Below are positions 28,038 through 37,675 of a DNA stretch of 64,000 nucleotides, in pieces. The DNA is from Deltaproteobacteria bacterium. Lineage in GTDB: Bacteria; Myxococcota_A; Polyangia; Polyangiales; Houyiibacteriaceae. The notes under the pieces were generated by a model, which saw only the letters and a program-made list of their open reading frames with translations, searched no databases and was not told the DNA's origin. Made by a program: the position numbers and the translations under genes. The stretch's first letter is position 1. Each line of letters starts with the position of its first letter. The stretch spans positions 20,386 through 84,385 of the forward strand of contig JAXMNT010000033.1 of assembly GCA_034670305.1 (NCBI GenBank), read 5' to 3'.

Positions 28038-29953
28038 AGCGCCGTGAGCTCGTCGGTGCCGTGCACTTCGGCGTAGCCGCGGCGAACGCCGAAACACTTC
28101 TTGCGGCCCGCGCACTGGCGGCACGCGAGGCCGCGCACCATCTCGCCGCCGTCGTAGGCTTCGGGGGCGTCGGCGAGCGCAGCGCTGTCGAAGACCTCGG
28201 GCGGGGTCAGACACAGCGGCAAGCCGCACATCGCGTCGAACCCGGAGACCTGGGTGCCACGCGCCGCGGCGATGCGAAGCCCGGCCGCGAGCGACGCCTG
28301 GATGTCCGTGTAGCGTGGAATGAGATCGGCGGTGCGCGGCACCATGTCGGTGGAAGGCGCCACGAACGAAACGCAGAGTTCGGCGCTCGGCCATCGGGTG
28401 GTCAGCAGCTCGACGAACGCGGGGAAGTCGGCGTGGTTGAGTGCGCAGAAGACGAAGTTCACCCGCACGCGCAGACCGCAGGCGACCGCCGCATCCAAAC
28501 CCGCCAGTGTCTGGACGAACGTGCCGGGGGCCTTCGTCACCGCGTCGGAGATCTCGGCGCAGCTTCCGTGCAGGGAGACGAAGAGCAGGTCGGCTCCCGC
28601 GTCCTTCAAGGAGCGCGCACGCGCGGGGTCGATGCGGGTGGCGTTGGTCTGGATCTCGAGGGTGCCCGCGCCGGCCTCGCGCGCCAGCCGGACCCAGTCT
28701 TCGAGGTGGGGCAGCAACGTGGGCTCACCGCCGGAGAGGTTGAGGTCGTCGCCCCGCACGGCGGCTTCGAGGATGGCCGCGCGGATCGCGGCGTCGTGGG
28801 CGGGCGGCAAGTGGGTGGACACAAAACAGAAGTCGCAGGCTTGGTTGCACCCGAACGCGACCCGCACCGTGCGCGCACGTCGGGGCGCCTGTCCCGGAGG
28901 GCGCTGGATCTCGTCTTGAAAGAGCTCGCGCTCGACTTGATCGGGAACACTGGAGATGACGCTCAAGCGGCGCCGCACACGGTCCTGTCCGACGGGCGCT
29001 GGTTCGGATGGGTCTCCGAACGGGAGCCCTGGGCATCGGTCGGCGAGCAAGCAGCCCGCGCACCCGTCGCGGCGTCCGTATCCCTGGCGGCGACTGCCCC
29101 CGCGCGAGAGCGTGAAGAGATGCGCCACCCGAGCGGGGCGTTCGAAGAGGCAGGGCGCGATGGGGGTGCTTGTCTCGAGCCGCAGCGCGATGCCGGCGCG
29201 ACGGGCCGCGATGTCGGTGGCTTCGATCGCGCGGGCGGCTTCTTGCGCGGTGCACCGCATCTCGGGCGCCGGACCTTCGCAAGGCACGTTCAACACCAGC
29301 GCCTCCACCGGCCAGCCCGCGTCCACCAGCCGCTCCGGCAGTTCGGGCAGATGCCCTCGGTTGCGGGCGAGGACCGGGGCGGAGATCTCCAGGCGCAGGC
29401 CCGCGGACACCACCGCTTCGATGCCCGCGCGCGCTCGTTCGAAGCCTCCGGGATCGCGGGTCAGGACGTCGGCCTCGTCGCCCCACCCGGGCAAATGCAC
29501 CCGGACCAAGTCGAGGCCGGCGTGCTTCAGCGCCGCGGCCCGCGCGCCATCCAGCAGCGTGCCGTTGGTCTCGAGCTCGAGCCGGCGCGCACTCGGTGTG
29601 GGCGTCGCGGTGTCGCTGGGCGTCGCAGTGTCGCTGGGCGTCGCAGTGTCGCTGGGCGTCGCGGTGCCGCTGGGCGTCGCGGTGCCGCTGGTGGCATCGC
29701 CGCGGCACAGCGACACGATCTTCGCCAGGTCCCGGCGCAGCGTGGGTTCGCCGCCGGTGATCACCAGCACCTCCGCGTCCGACGCGGCACGCGCCCGCGC
29801 CTCGACCGCCGCCAGCGCCACGAACGCACGGCGCTCTTTCGGGCGACGGCGGTGACAGAACGCGCATCCCTGGTTGCAGGTCTCGTTGGTGTGGAGCCGC
29901 GCCACCCCGCCGCGCCCTTGCATGCCCCACGTCGAGTCCCTCATCGGATCCAC
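28034..29953 (-). CDS. Protein with two tandem radical SAM domains (HxsC-like)
   Basis: CNQGCAFC+GGEPTL+ETNG and CNQACDFC+GGEPTL+QTNA; each followed by CxxCxxxxxC(P/F)G; TATPS(D/G) repeat at about 29600-29692. Confidence 0.9.
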   Translation of the reverse strand: MDPMRDSTWGMQGRGGVARLHTNETCNQGCAFCHRRRPKERRAFVALAAVEARARAASDAEVLVITGGEPTLRRDLAKIVSLCRGDATSGTATPSGTATPSDTATPSDTATPSDTATPTPSARRLELETNGTLLDGARAAALKHAGLDLVRVHLPGWGDEADVLTRDPGGFERARAGIEAVVSAGLRLEISAPVLARNRGHLPELPERLVDAGWPVEALVLNVPCEGPAPEMRCTAQEAARAIEATDIAARRAGIALRLETSTPIAPCLFERPARVAHLFTLSRGGSRRQGYGRRDGCAGCLLADRCPGLPFGDPSEPAPVGQDRVRRRLSVISSVPDQVERELFQDEIQRPPGQAPRRARTVRVAFGCNQACDFCFVSTHLPPAHDAAIRAAILEAAVRGDDLNLSGGEPTLLPHLEDWVRLAREAGAGTLEIQTNATRIDPARARSLKDAGADLLFVSLHGSCAEISDAVTKAPGTFVQTLAGLDAAVACGLRVRVNFVFCALNHADFPAFVELLTTRWPSAELCVSFVAPSTDMVPRTADLIPRYTDIQASLAAGLRIAAARGTQVSGFDAMCGLPLCLTPPEVFDSAALADAPEAYDGGEMVRGLACRQCAGRKKCFGVRRGYAEVHGTDELTAL

Positions 29954-30003
29954 AGGGTAGCGGAGTTGCGAACGGCGAGGGGTCCGCCTGCTACCATGCC
30001 CGG

Positions 30004-30759
30004 GTGCCCTCGACGCGTGCAGAGCAGCTTCGGACGCAGGGGTTCACCGTCTTCGATCGGCTCTACGACGAGGCGTGGGTGGACCGGATGCGGGCGGCGA
30101 TTCTCGGCATCTACGAGGACGCCGGCAGCCCCGAATGCCACGCGCACCAGACGCGGGAACATCGACCGGGGCTTCACATCGGACCGGCCGGATTCGCGAT
30201 CCCACAGCTTCTCCCGCGCCTCGATCCCGACGCCCGGATCGCCCATCCGCTGGTGGTGGAGACGCTGCGCGCGTTCCTCGGCGACGCGATGCGGCTGGAG
30301 ATCGCAGGCGCCGTGGTGACCGACCCCTCGCGGCCCCACTTTGGTTGGCACAACCACGTGGGTGGGCACGACGACGGCGTGTACCGAAAGCGTGGCACGT
30401 GGCCGACGGTGGACCACGCGCGGCGGGTGATGACGTTGACCTACCTGCAGGATCTCGACGACGCGCATGGACCGGTGCGCGTCTACCCCCACCGGGTCGG
30501 CGATCCCTCGTCGCCGCCGCACGACCCGAAGTCGGCGCACTGGCCAGGCGAGGTCGTGCTGCGGCCGCGCGCCGGGTCGCTGGTGGTCATCGAAGAGTGC
30601 ACATGGCACGCCGTGCAAGCCGCGACGGCACCCGACAAACGCATCTTCGTGGGGCTGGCGTACGCGGCGGCGCCGGCCGAGATCGGTGGCTGGGCGGACC
30701 CGACGATCGCGGAGGTCGGCGCGCACCACACCGATCCCTTGTTGCGCTCACTGCTCTGA
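30004..30759 (+). CDS. PhyH-like Fe(II)/2OG oxygenase-fold protein
   Basis: N-terminal ..QGF.V, WHNH, YLQD....GP..V.P, AGS.V.....WHA, R.F. Confidence 0.85.
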   Translation: MPSTRAEQLRTQGFTVFDRLYDEAWVDRMRAAILGIYEDAGSPECHAHQTREHRPGLHIGPAGFAIPQLLPRLDPDARIAHPLVVETLRAFLGDAMRLEIAGAVVTDPSRPHFGWHNHVGGHDDGVYRKRGTWPTVDHARRVMTLTYLQDLDDAHGPVRVYPHRVGDPSSPPHDPKSAHWPGEVVLRPRAGSLVVIEECTWHAVQAATAPDKRIFVGLAYAAAPAEIGGWADPTIAEVGAHHTDPLLRSLL

Positions 30760-32484
30760 CGGAGCGGACGCGCGCGGCTTGTCGCGGTAGACCTTTTCGA
30801 GCGCCTCGAGCGACGTGCCGCGGAGGCGGCGCGCGAGGTCGCGCAAGAGCTCCAGCAACGCGTCGGGCGCCTCTTTGCCGCCGTACGAGAGACCGAAGCC
30901 ATCGCTCCGCACGAAGTGCGCGTTCCCCTCGAGCGGCGCGAACCGAATTTCCGTCTCGCCGAACGAGGGATGATGTACCTGCAGGCGGAGCACGCCTTTC
31001 TCGAACGCCGCCGCGACGGCGCGGGCGGGCGACGGCAGCGCCAGGGTGCGCACGAGAGCCGCGGTGGGCGCCGACATCGGCACCGGCACTTCGATCGGCC
31101 GCGCGCGGGGCCGGGCGCCGTCCTTGCCGGCCCGCTTGGCCGCGATCTGCACGAGCTGATGTTGCAGGGCGCCGAGTTCGGCAAACGTCTCGGCCCGCTC
31201 TTGCGCACTGACCGCCGGCGGCATGCTCGTCTTGACCTGGTCGTAGTCGCTGAAGGTCTTCCTCGCCGGACCGGGCCAGTGCGCGACCCCCGCTTCGCCC
31301 AGCACCGTGCTCGGCAAGGGATGGAAGTTCGACCACATGAACGAGCCGGGCTTCAGTCGGTGAAGGAGCGCCGTCGTCGCTTTCATCTGTTCCCGCGTCT
31401 CGCCCGGCAACATGGTCATCAACGAAGCGCTCGTTTCGAGTCCCAGATCCCGGCAATCGTCGAAGACCGCTTGAAGCCGCGCGTCGCTCGTCCGGCGGTT
31501 CAGCACGTCCCGACGAAACGCCTCGTCGCCCGCTTCGATGCCGCAGTGAAAGAGCGAACACCCGGCCTTCTTGAGCAGCGTCAGGCGCGGGCGGGTCGCC
31601 GCGTTCGGATGCATCTCGACTTTGAACGGCAAGCCCACGCGCGCCGGGTACACCTCGGCGAACTTCTCGAGCCATTTCAGGTCCACCGGGAAGTGTTCGT
31701 CCCAGAACTCGAAGCCTTCCGGCCGGTACCGGTCGCGCAGCGAGACGAGCTCGTCGCACAGCTCCGCGACTGGGCGGGTGTTGCGGCGGCTCTTCTCCGA
31801 GAACCGGCCGAGCTTGCCCCACGACGGCGCCGAGCAGTACGCGCAGGAGAACGGACACCCCCGGCCGGCGCGGGTGGGCAGGTAGCCGTCGATGAGTGGA
31901 CCGAACGTGTTGATGCCCGCTTCGATCGCCTCGGGCACCGATCCGAACACTTCGTAGTCCCACCACGGAAGCGCGGCGATGTCCGGCTCCGAATCGGCCG
32001 GCGGAGGATCCCCATCCCACCCACGGTCTGACGCCGCGTCGCGAACCCACAAACCAGGCGATGTTTCGGGCGGTTCGCCGCGCGACAGCCGATCGAGCAG
32101 GCGCGCCATGGGCCGCTCTCCTTCGCCCAGGCAAATCGCATGCACCCCCGCGCACTCGGCGACCTCGCGCGGCGCCAAGCTCGCGTGGTAGCCGCCGACC
32201 ACCACGGTGGCGTCGGTTGTCTGGCGGTCGATCAGCGCGTGCGCACCGGGCCAGTCCCGCGTCATGCACGAGAGCGCCAAGACGTCCGGCGCGAGCCCGT
32301 CGATGTGCGCCGCGACGTCGTCGATCGTGTACCCGCGGAAGACCTCGAGTGCCTCACTCTCGTGCCCCTCCGCTCGAACCACTGGGGAGAGCGCCGCCAC
32401 CGACGAGCTGAACGCGCGCGGTGGGTCCGTGAAGAACACGAAGAGCACGCGCAGGGTCCGCTTCGCAGATCGCGCGGCGGTCAT
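30748..32484 (-). CDS. B12-binding (class B) radical SAM protein
   Basis: VVGGYHA..P, LGEGE, GRGCPFSCAYC, FWDE.F, GIEAG, LPGET; ATGA overlap with upstream gene. Confidence 0.93.
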   Translation of the reverse strand: MTAARSAKRTLRVLFVFFTDPPRAFSSSVAALSPVVRAEGHESEALEVFRGYTIDDVAAHIDGLAPDVLALSCMTRDWPGAHALIDRQTTDATVVVGGYHASLAPREVAECAGVHAICLGEGERPMARLLDRLSRGEPPETSPGLWVRDAASDRGWDGDPPPADSEPDIAALPWWDYEVFGSVPEAIEAGINTFGPLIDGYLPTRAGRGCPFSCAYCSAPSWGKLGRFSEKSRRNTRPVAELCDELVSLRDRYRPEGFEFWDEHFPVDLKWLEKFAEVYPARVGLPFKVEMHPNAATRPRLTLLKKAGCSLFHCGIEAGDEAFRRDVLNRRTSDARLQAVFDDCRDLGLETSASLMTMLPGETREQMKATTALLHRLKPGSFMWSNFHPLPSTVLGEAGVAHWPGPARKTFSDYDQVKTSMPPAVSAQERAETFAELGALQHQLVQIAAKRAGKDGARPRARPIEVPVPMSAPTAALVRTLALPSPARAVAAAFEKGVLRLQVHHPSFGETEIRFAPLEGNAHFVRSDGFGLSYGGKEAPDALLELLRDLARRLRGTSLEALEKVYRDKPRASAPSEQ

Positions 32485-33299
32485 GGCGCACCGTATGCCC
32501 GCGCAAGCGCGGGGTGGTCGGTCAACGCATGCGCGGTCTGCTCGTCGCGGCGTTTGGTCGGAGCCAGGCCGGCGCGTCGCACGAAGAACGCGAAGAAGTA
32601 CCGGTGGCCTGCCCGGCGCATGGGCGTCGCCGCGTGCCAGGTCCCTTGATCGAGCAGCACGACCGAGCCCGCCGGCGCGCGCACTTCCTTCGCGCCAGGC
32701 CACGGGACACGACCGGGCTCGTGCGGCGGTGCCGTCGGCGAATCGGCGCGGCGCGGATGCACCAGCAAGGTGCCGAACGCGTCGTCGAGTGGGGTCGTGT
32801 AGAGGGTGCACCCGATGCGCTCCACGCCGGACGGATGCGGGTACGACTTCCGTCGCAGGTCCGGCTCGTCGATGCCGCCCGCGTGGTGGTGCCAGAAAAG
32901 AAACCCCCGCGACGCATCGCACACGACCCCGGTGCCGAGCTCCAGTTCGAACCCCTCGCCGAGCGTGCGTGCGAAGAGATCGAGCAGGACCGGTCTCAGC
33001 AACAGGTCTGCGAGTCCGGGTGCGTGCCGCAAGATCCCCGCACACGCGAGGCCGACGGGGCTGACGTGCATGCCCGGTTCGACGTGCACGTCCTCTTGCG
33101 AAAAGAGGGGCGGCTCGCCGACCCGCCGCCAAGCGCGTTCGAGCGTGGCTTCGTACCGGGCACACTCCGCTTGCCCCACCAGCGAGGGAAGCACGGCGTA
33201 GCCCTCGGTCTCGAGCGCGCGGTGGAGTTCGGCGGCGCCGGGTGCGGACCGCTCGCGCGCCGGTTCGACATCGCGCGCCTTGGCATCGGGCACGCTCAC
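32481..33299 (-). CDS. PhyH-like Fe(II)/2OG oxygenase-fold protein
   Basis: EGYAVL, FWHHHAGG, G.LLVHP, PAGSVVL.DQ.TWHA, R.F; GTGA coupled. Confidence 0.85.
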   Translation of the reverse strand: MSVPDAKARDVEPARERSAPGAAELHRALETEGYAVLPSLVGQAECARYEATLERAWRRVGEPPLFSQEDVHVEPGMHVSPVGLACAGILRHAPGLADLLLRPVLLDLFARTLGEGFELELGTGVVCDASRGFLFWHHHAGGIDEPDLRRKSYPHPSGVERIGCTLYTTPLDDAFGTLLVHPRRADSPTAPPHEPGRVPWPGAKEVRAPAGSVVLLDQGTWHAATPMRRAGHRYFFAFFVRRAGLAPTKRRDEQTAHALTDHPALARAYGAP

Positions 33300-34072
33300 C
33301 GCGGGTCCCCTGGGAGGATCTCCTGCAGGAGTGGCGACGCACCCGTCACCGCGCGCAGGGTCTCGTCGTGCAGTTCGGTCGGGCCCACGTCGCCGGCCGC
33401 GAACCAGAGACCGAAGAAGATCCGCAACTCGGTGTCGCTCGTGCGCGGGAGCGCGGCGTGCCAGGTCGTCTGGTCGACCAGGACCGTGGTGCCCGGCGGC
33501 CCTTCGATCACCACTTGCCCAGGCCAGGGCCCACCGATCGGTTCCGTGCACGGCGGACTGCCGTCGTCGTTGCGATCCGGGTGTACGAGCAGACGCCCGG
33601 CGCCTTCCTTCATGTCGTCCAGGTAAACGATCATCGCCAAGCGCTGGAGCTTCGGCAGCTGCGGCCGTTCGCCGCGCCGCCGAAAGAGTTCTTCGTCGAT
33701 GCCGCCGACGTGGTTGTGCCAGTCGAAGAACGGCCGAGTGTGGTTGGTGACCACGGCGCCGGTGAGTTCGAGATGGGTCCCGCGACCGAGCGCGGCTTGG
33801 GCGATGCGAACCACCTCTTCGTCGAGCATGAACGCGTGCAGTTCGGGGCTCTTCTTCAGCACCTTCGTCAGCACGAGCCCGGTGCTCGACAGCTCCACGT
33901 TCTCCGCCACCGTCTTGTGCTCTTTCGAGTACAGCGGCGGCCGACCGAGCGCCTCGTACTGCGCGACGATCGCCGCACGCAGCCGCTTCACTTGGTCGGG
34001 CGTGTATTGACTCGGCAGCACACAGAAGCCCCGCGCCTCGATCTCACGTGCGCGCACGTGGACGCTGTTCAT
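33296..34072 (-). CDS. PhyH-like Fe(II)/2OG oxygenase-fold protein
   Basis: RGFCVL, DWHNHVGG, YLDD...GAG.LLVHP, PPGT.VL.DQ.TWHA, RIF. Confidence 0.85.
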   Translation of the reverse strand: MNSVHVRAREIEARGFCVLPSQYTPDQVKRLRAAIVAQYEALGRPPLYSKEHKTVAENVELSSTGLVLTKVLKKSPELHAFMLDEEVVRIAQAALGRGTHLELTGAVVTNHTRPFFDWHNHVGGIDEELFRRRGERPQLPKLQRLAMIVYLDDMKEGAGRLLVHPDRNDDGSPPCTEPIGGPWPGQVVIEGPPGTTVLVDQTTWHAALPRTSDTELRIFFGLWFAAGDVGPTELHDETLRAVTGASPLLQEILPGDPR

Positions 34073-35802
34073 CCCTGCGGCCTCTCGCCGAGCGCCTCAC
34101 CCTCCATCGCCGGGGGCGGTCCGAGCAGACAAGCGCTGGCGTGGGCGTGCACCACATCGATGACGCGCCGAAGTCCGACAGCGCTCGTGCGATCGACCGG
34201 CCCTTGATGGGTGTAGGCGATGCCGTCTCGTTCCACGAAGCAGCGCGGACGATCCACGGCGGGCTTGGCTTCCAGCACGACGCCACCGTCGGGCCCCTCG
34301 AGGTCGTAGAAGACGGCCGCGTCTCCCGCCCGCGCGTTGTTGAGCCGCCACGTGGGCCCGAGTTCGGACACCTCGTCGCTGAGCGTCTGCAGAATCTCCG
34401 CGCCGATGCCGCGATGGACCACCCCCGCGTCCGCCCGGCCAGAGGATCGAACGCTCGGCGATGTGTCGTCGCGCTCACCCCTGTACTTGTCGGGGCCGCT
34501 CGACGTGAGCGCGAACCCTACCCACCCCTCGTTGAGAATGGGCCGGTCGGCGTTCGAGGCCAGCTCGTACAACCACTGCCACGTCTCCTCCAAGTCGCGC
34601 GCCGGCCACCCATCGCAAGAACGGGTGATGAAGTCCGCGGGATCGAAATCGATGTGCAGCTCGTCCGCGCGTTCGAGAAGCGCGTCGGGCAGAACGATGC
34701 ACTTGAACGCTTTGACCGTGTCGCCCAACTCGAGCGACTTCTCGACGGTGCGTTTGAAGGAGTCGGGGTTGTCGCCGGGCAACCCGAGGATGAGTTCGAT
34801 GTCGAAATCGAGCCGGCCGCGCATGCGGTCGAGCACCGTCTCGAACTTCGCCAGGTCGAATGGTCGACCGAGCCGCCGGAGGACGTCCTCGTCGAAGCTC
34901 TGGATGCCCACGCTGGCCTGCACCTGGCCGACGCCATCGAAGAACTTCAAGTGATGCTCTTCGAGGTACGTCGGATACAGGTGCCCGTGCACGATCGAAT
35001 CTTTCAACACGCCGACGTCGTTCTCCGCGGCGACCAGCGCCCGAAACGCGCGTGGGCTCAGGTTGAACGCGGCGTCCAAGAAGAAGACGTTCGGCACATT
35101 CGCCCGCTGGAGCCCCTGCAGGTGCGCGCGCAGGTAGTCGACGCCGTGCACGCGATCGGACTTCTGCTCGCCCCACTGGCAGAACGCGCAGTGGATCGGA
35201 CATCCCCGGAAGGTCTCGATGTAGCCCGTCTTGTGGAGCGGGCCGACATCGAGTTGGTACGGCGAGGGGTAGTCGTCGATGACCGGCCGTTCGATGGTCG
35301 CGCTGCTGCGCCACAGGCCGTGCTGAGGCACTTCGAGTCCTGGGACCCGGCTTGTCCAACGGGGCGTCTGGTGTTCGCGCACCAGCGCTCGAATCACTTC
35401 TTCGCCCTCGCCCGTGACGACCGCGTCGAGGCGGTTGCGAAAGCCCTGGTAGAGCGGAAGGTCCAGCACCGAACGCCGGGCCGCCGGGCCGCCCGCGACC
35501 ACGGGCATCTTCGGCCAACGCGCGCGGATCCGTTCGGTGAGTGCCGCGAACACCGGAAGCGACCAGATGTAGGTGGACAGCCCGATCAGGGTCGGCCCGA
35601 AGGTCTCGAGCTCCGCCATGAAGACGTCCGGGTCATCGCTCCGAAGGTCGAGCAGGAGCACCTCGACGTCGTCGAGGTCGGGGGCGCTTCGAATGGACGC
35701 GCGCAGCTTCTCGATGCCGTACGAGAACGAGAAGAACGTTCCGTTCGGATCCCGCCACTGCGCGTCCATCGCCACCAGTGCCACTCGACGATTCACGCGC
35801 AA
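34069..35802 (-). CDS. B12-binding (class B) radical SAM protein
   Basis: GLSTYIW, VAGGP, GEGE, ETFRGCPIHCAFCQW, FLDAAFN, GIQS, ILGLPGD. Confidence 0.93.
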   Translation of the reverse strand: MRVNRRVALVAMDAQWRDPNGTFFSFSYGIEKLRASIRSAPDLDDVEVLLLDLRSDDPDVFMAELETFGPTLIGLSTYIWSLPVFAALTERIRARWPKMPVVAGGPAARRSVLDLPLYQGFRNRLDAVVTGEGEEVIRALVREHQTPRWTSRVPGLEVPQHGLWRSSATIERPVIDDYPSPYQLDVGPLHKTGYIETFRGCPIHCAFCQWGEQKSDRVHGVDYLRAHLQGLQRANVPNVFFLDAAFNLSPRAFRALVAAENDVGVLKDSIVHGHLYPTYLEEHHLKFFDGVGQVQASVGIQSFDEDVLRRLGRPFDLAKFETVLDRMRGRLDFDIELILGLPGDNPDSFKRTVEKSLELGDTVKAFKCIVLPDALLERADELHIDFDPADFITRSCDGWPARDLEETWQWLYELASNADRPILNEGWVGFALTSSGPDKYRGERDDTSPSVRSSGRADAGVVHRGIGAEILQTLSDEVSELGPTWRLNNARAGDAAVFYDLEGPDGGVVLEAKPAVDRPRCFVERDGIAYTHQGPVDRTSAVGLRRVIDVVHAHASACLLGPPPAMEGEALGERPQG

Positions 35803-35853
35803 ACTCTAGCAGGCTCTGCGATCGGCGGGTGGCGGTTCCAGTTTCCTGTCCGC

Positions 35854-37575
35854 TCAGCGGCCCTTCTTCTGAGCGCCCATCTTCTTCGCGAGCTTCGCCC
35901 AACTGTCTTTGAGCGTGATCGTTCGGTGAAAGACCGCGTCTGCGACCCCGTCCGACACGATGCGGTCCAGCACGAAGTACCCGAGCCGCTCGAACTGCAC
36001 GCGGGTTCCAGCCGCCAGCCCACGCACCGAGGGTTCCGCGACCCCGTGGACGTCCTCGAGGCTCTCCGGGTTCAAGTGGGCGCGGAAGTCGTCTCCTTCG
36101 GACGGGTCCTCGGACGAGAAGAGCCGCTCGTAGAGCCGCGCCTGGATCGGCACGCCCTTCTCCGCGCTCACCCAGTGCAGGGTGCCGCGCACCTTCCGGC
36201 CGTCCGCCGGGCTGCCGCCGCCACTCTCCGGATCCCACGTGCAGCGAAGTTCGATCACTTCGCCCGCGTCGTTGCGGACGACCTCGTCGCAGGTGATGAG
36301 CGCCGCGCCCCGAAGCCGGACCTCGCGGCCTAGACCCAGCCGGAACCACTTCTTGGGCGGGTCGTCCATGTAGTCGTCCTGCTCGACGTAGACGGTGCGG
36401 GTCAGCACCACCTTCCGGGTGCCGGCGCTCTCGTCGTGCGGGAGGTTCGGCACCTCGTACTCGTGGGCTTCGCCTTCGGGGAAGTTCGTCAGCGTGACCT
36501 TGAGCGGGCGAAGCACCGCCATGATGCGGTGCGAGGTCGCGTTGAGGTCTTCGCGCAGTTCGTGCTCGAGCAGACCGACGTCGACGAGGCCACCGTGTTT
36601 GGACACGCCGATCCGCTCGCAGAACGCGCGCAGCGACGACGCCGTGTACCCGCGGCGCCGCATGCCGGAGAGCGTCGGCATCCGGGGATCGTCCCAGCCT
36701 TCGACCACGCCCTCTTCCACGAGCGACAAGAGCTTGCGCTTGGACAGCAGTGTGTACGAGAGCGCGAGCCGACCGAACTCGATCTGGCGGGGCGGCGACT
36801 CGATCTCGAGCGCGGCCAAGAACCAATCGTAGAGCGCGCGGTGGTTGACGAACTCGAGCGAACAGACCGAGTGCGTGACTCCTTCGATCGCGTCCGACTG
36901 CCCGTGGGCCCAGTCGTACATCGGGTAGATGCACCAGGTGTCGCCGGTGCGGTGGTGGGTCACTTTTCGGATCCGGTACATGAGCGGATCTCGCAGCTTC
37001 AGATCCTTCGACGCGAGGTCGATCTTCGCGCGCAGCACCGCGGCGCCTTCGTCGAATCCGCCCGCCTTCATCTTCGCGAAGAGCTCGAGGTTCTCCTCGA
37101 CCGACCGGTCGCGATCGGCGCTCGCTTCGCCGACGCGGTGGAAGTCTCCTCGGGTCGCGCGGATCTCCTCTTCGCTTCGGAGGTCGACGTACGCGAGCCC
37201 CTTCTCGATCAATTGCACCGCCCAGTCGTGCAGCTGCTGGAAGTAGTCGGACGCGAAGTGTTCGTGTTCGCCCCACGAGAAGCCGAGCCACTCGATGTCC
37301 GCCTTGATGGCGTCGACGTACTCGGTGGACTCCTTCTCCGGGTTGGTGTCGTCGAAGCGGAGGTTGGTGTGGGCTTCTTTCAACCCGCGGTCGCGTCCGA
37401 TCTGCGCGAGCCCGAAGTTCAAGCAGATGGCTTTCGCGTGGCCGATGTGCAGGTAGCCATTGGGCTCCGGCGGGAACCGAGTGACAACGCGCTGAGCCCG
37501 TCCGCTCTCGATCTCGCCCTCCACGAGCTCCGCCACGAAGTTGCCCGGCTGTCCCTCATCGCGCTCTGCGTTCAT
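35854..37575 (-). CDS. glnS: Glutamine--tRNA ligase
   Basis: TRFPPEPNGYLHIGH, RFDDTNP, YPMYD, LSKRKL, WDDPRMPT, QFERLGYF. Confidence 0.97.
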   Translation of the reverse strand: MNAERDEGQPGNFVAELVEGEIESGRAQRVVTRFPPEPNGYLHIGHAKAICLNFGLAQIGRDRGLKEAHTNLRFDDTNPEKESTEYVDAIKADIEWLGFSWGEHEHFASDYFQQLHDWAVQLIEKGLAYVDLRSEEEIRATRGDFHRVGEASADRDRSVEENLELFAKMKAGGFDEGAAVLRAKIDLASKDLKLRDPLMYRIRKVTHHRTGDTWCIYPMYDWAHGQSDAIEGVTHSVCSLEFVNHRALYDWFLAALEIESPPRQIEFGRLALSYTLLSKRKLLSLVEEGVVEGWDDPRMPTLSGMRRRGYTASSLRAFCERIGVSKHGGLVDVGLLEHELREDLNATSHRIMAVLRPLKVTLTNFPEGEAHEYEVPNLPHDESAGTRKVVLTRTVYVEQDDYMDDPPKKWFRLGLGREVRLRGAALITCDEVVRNDAGEVIELRCTWDPESGGGSPADGRKVRGTLHWVSAEKGVPIQARLYERLFSSEDPSEGDDFRAHLNPESLEDVHGVAEPSVRGLAAGTRVQFERLGYFVLDRIVSDGVADAVFHRTITLKDSWAKLAKKMGAQKKGR

Positions 37576-37675
37576 GCGTCGACGCTACACGTCCCACCGA
37601 CCCGGGCAAGCGGTTCTTGGCGTCCCAGACCACAGCCGCGCGTGGTGCGCCGCGCGCTCGGGCCCGATCTGGAGC

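Noticed and set aside
24324-35853. RiPP precursor or His-Xaa-Ser repeat peptide for the radical SAM cluster
   Set aside because: Intergenic gaps are tiny or filled by the mobile element; no convincing small ORF was seen, although one could lie outside the window
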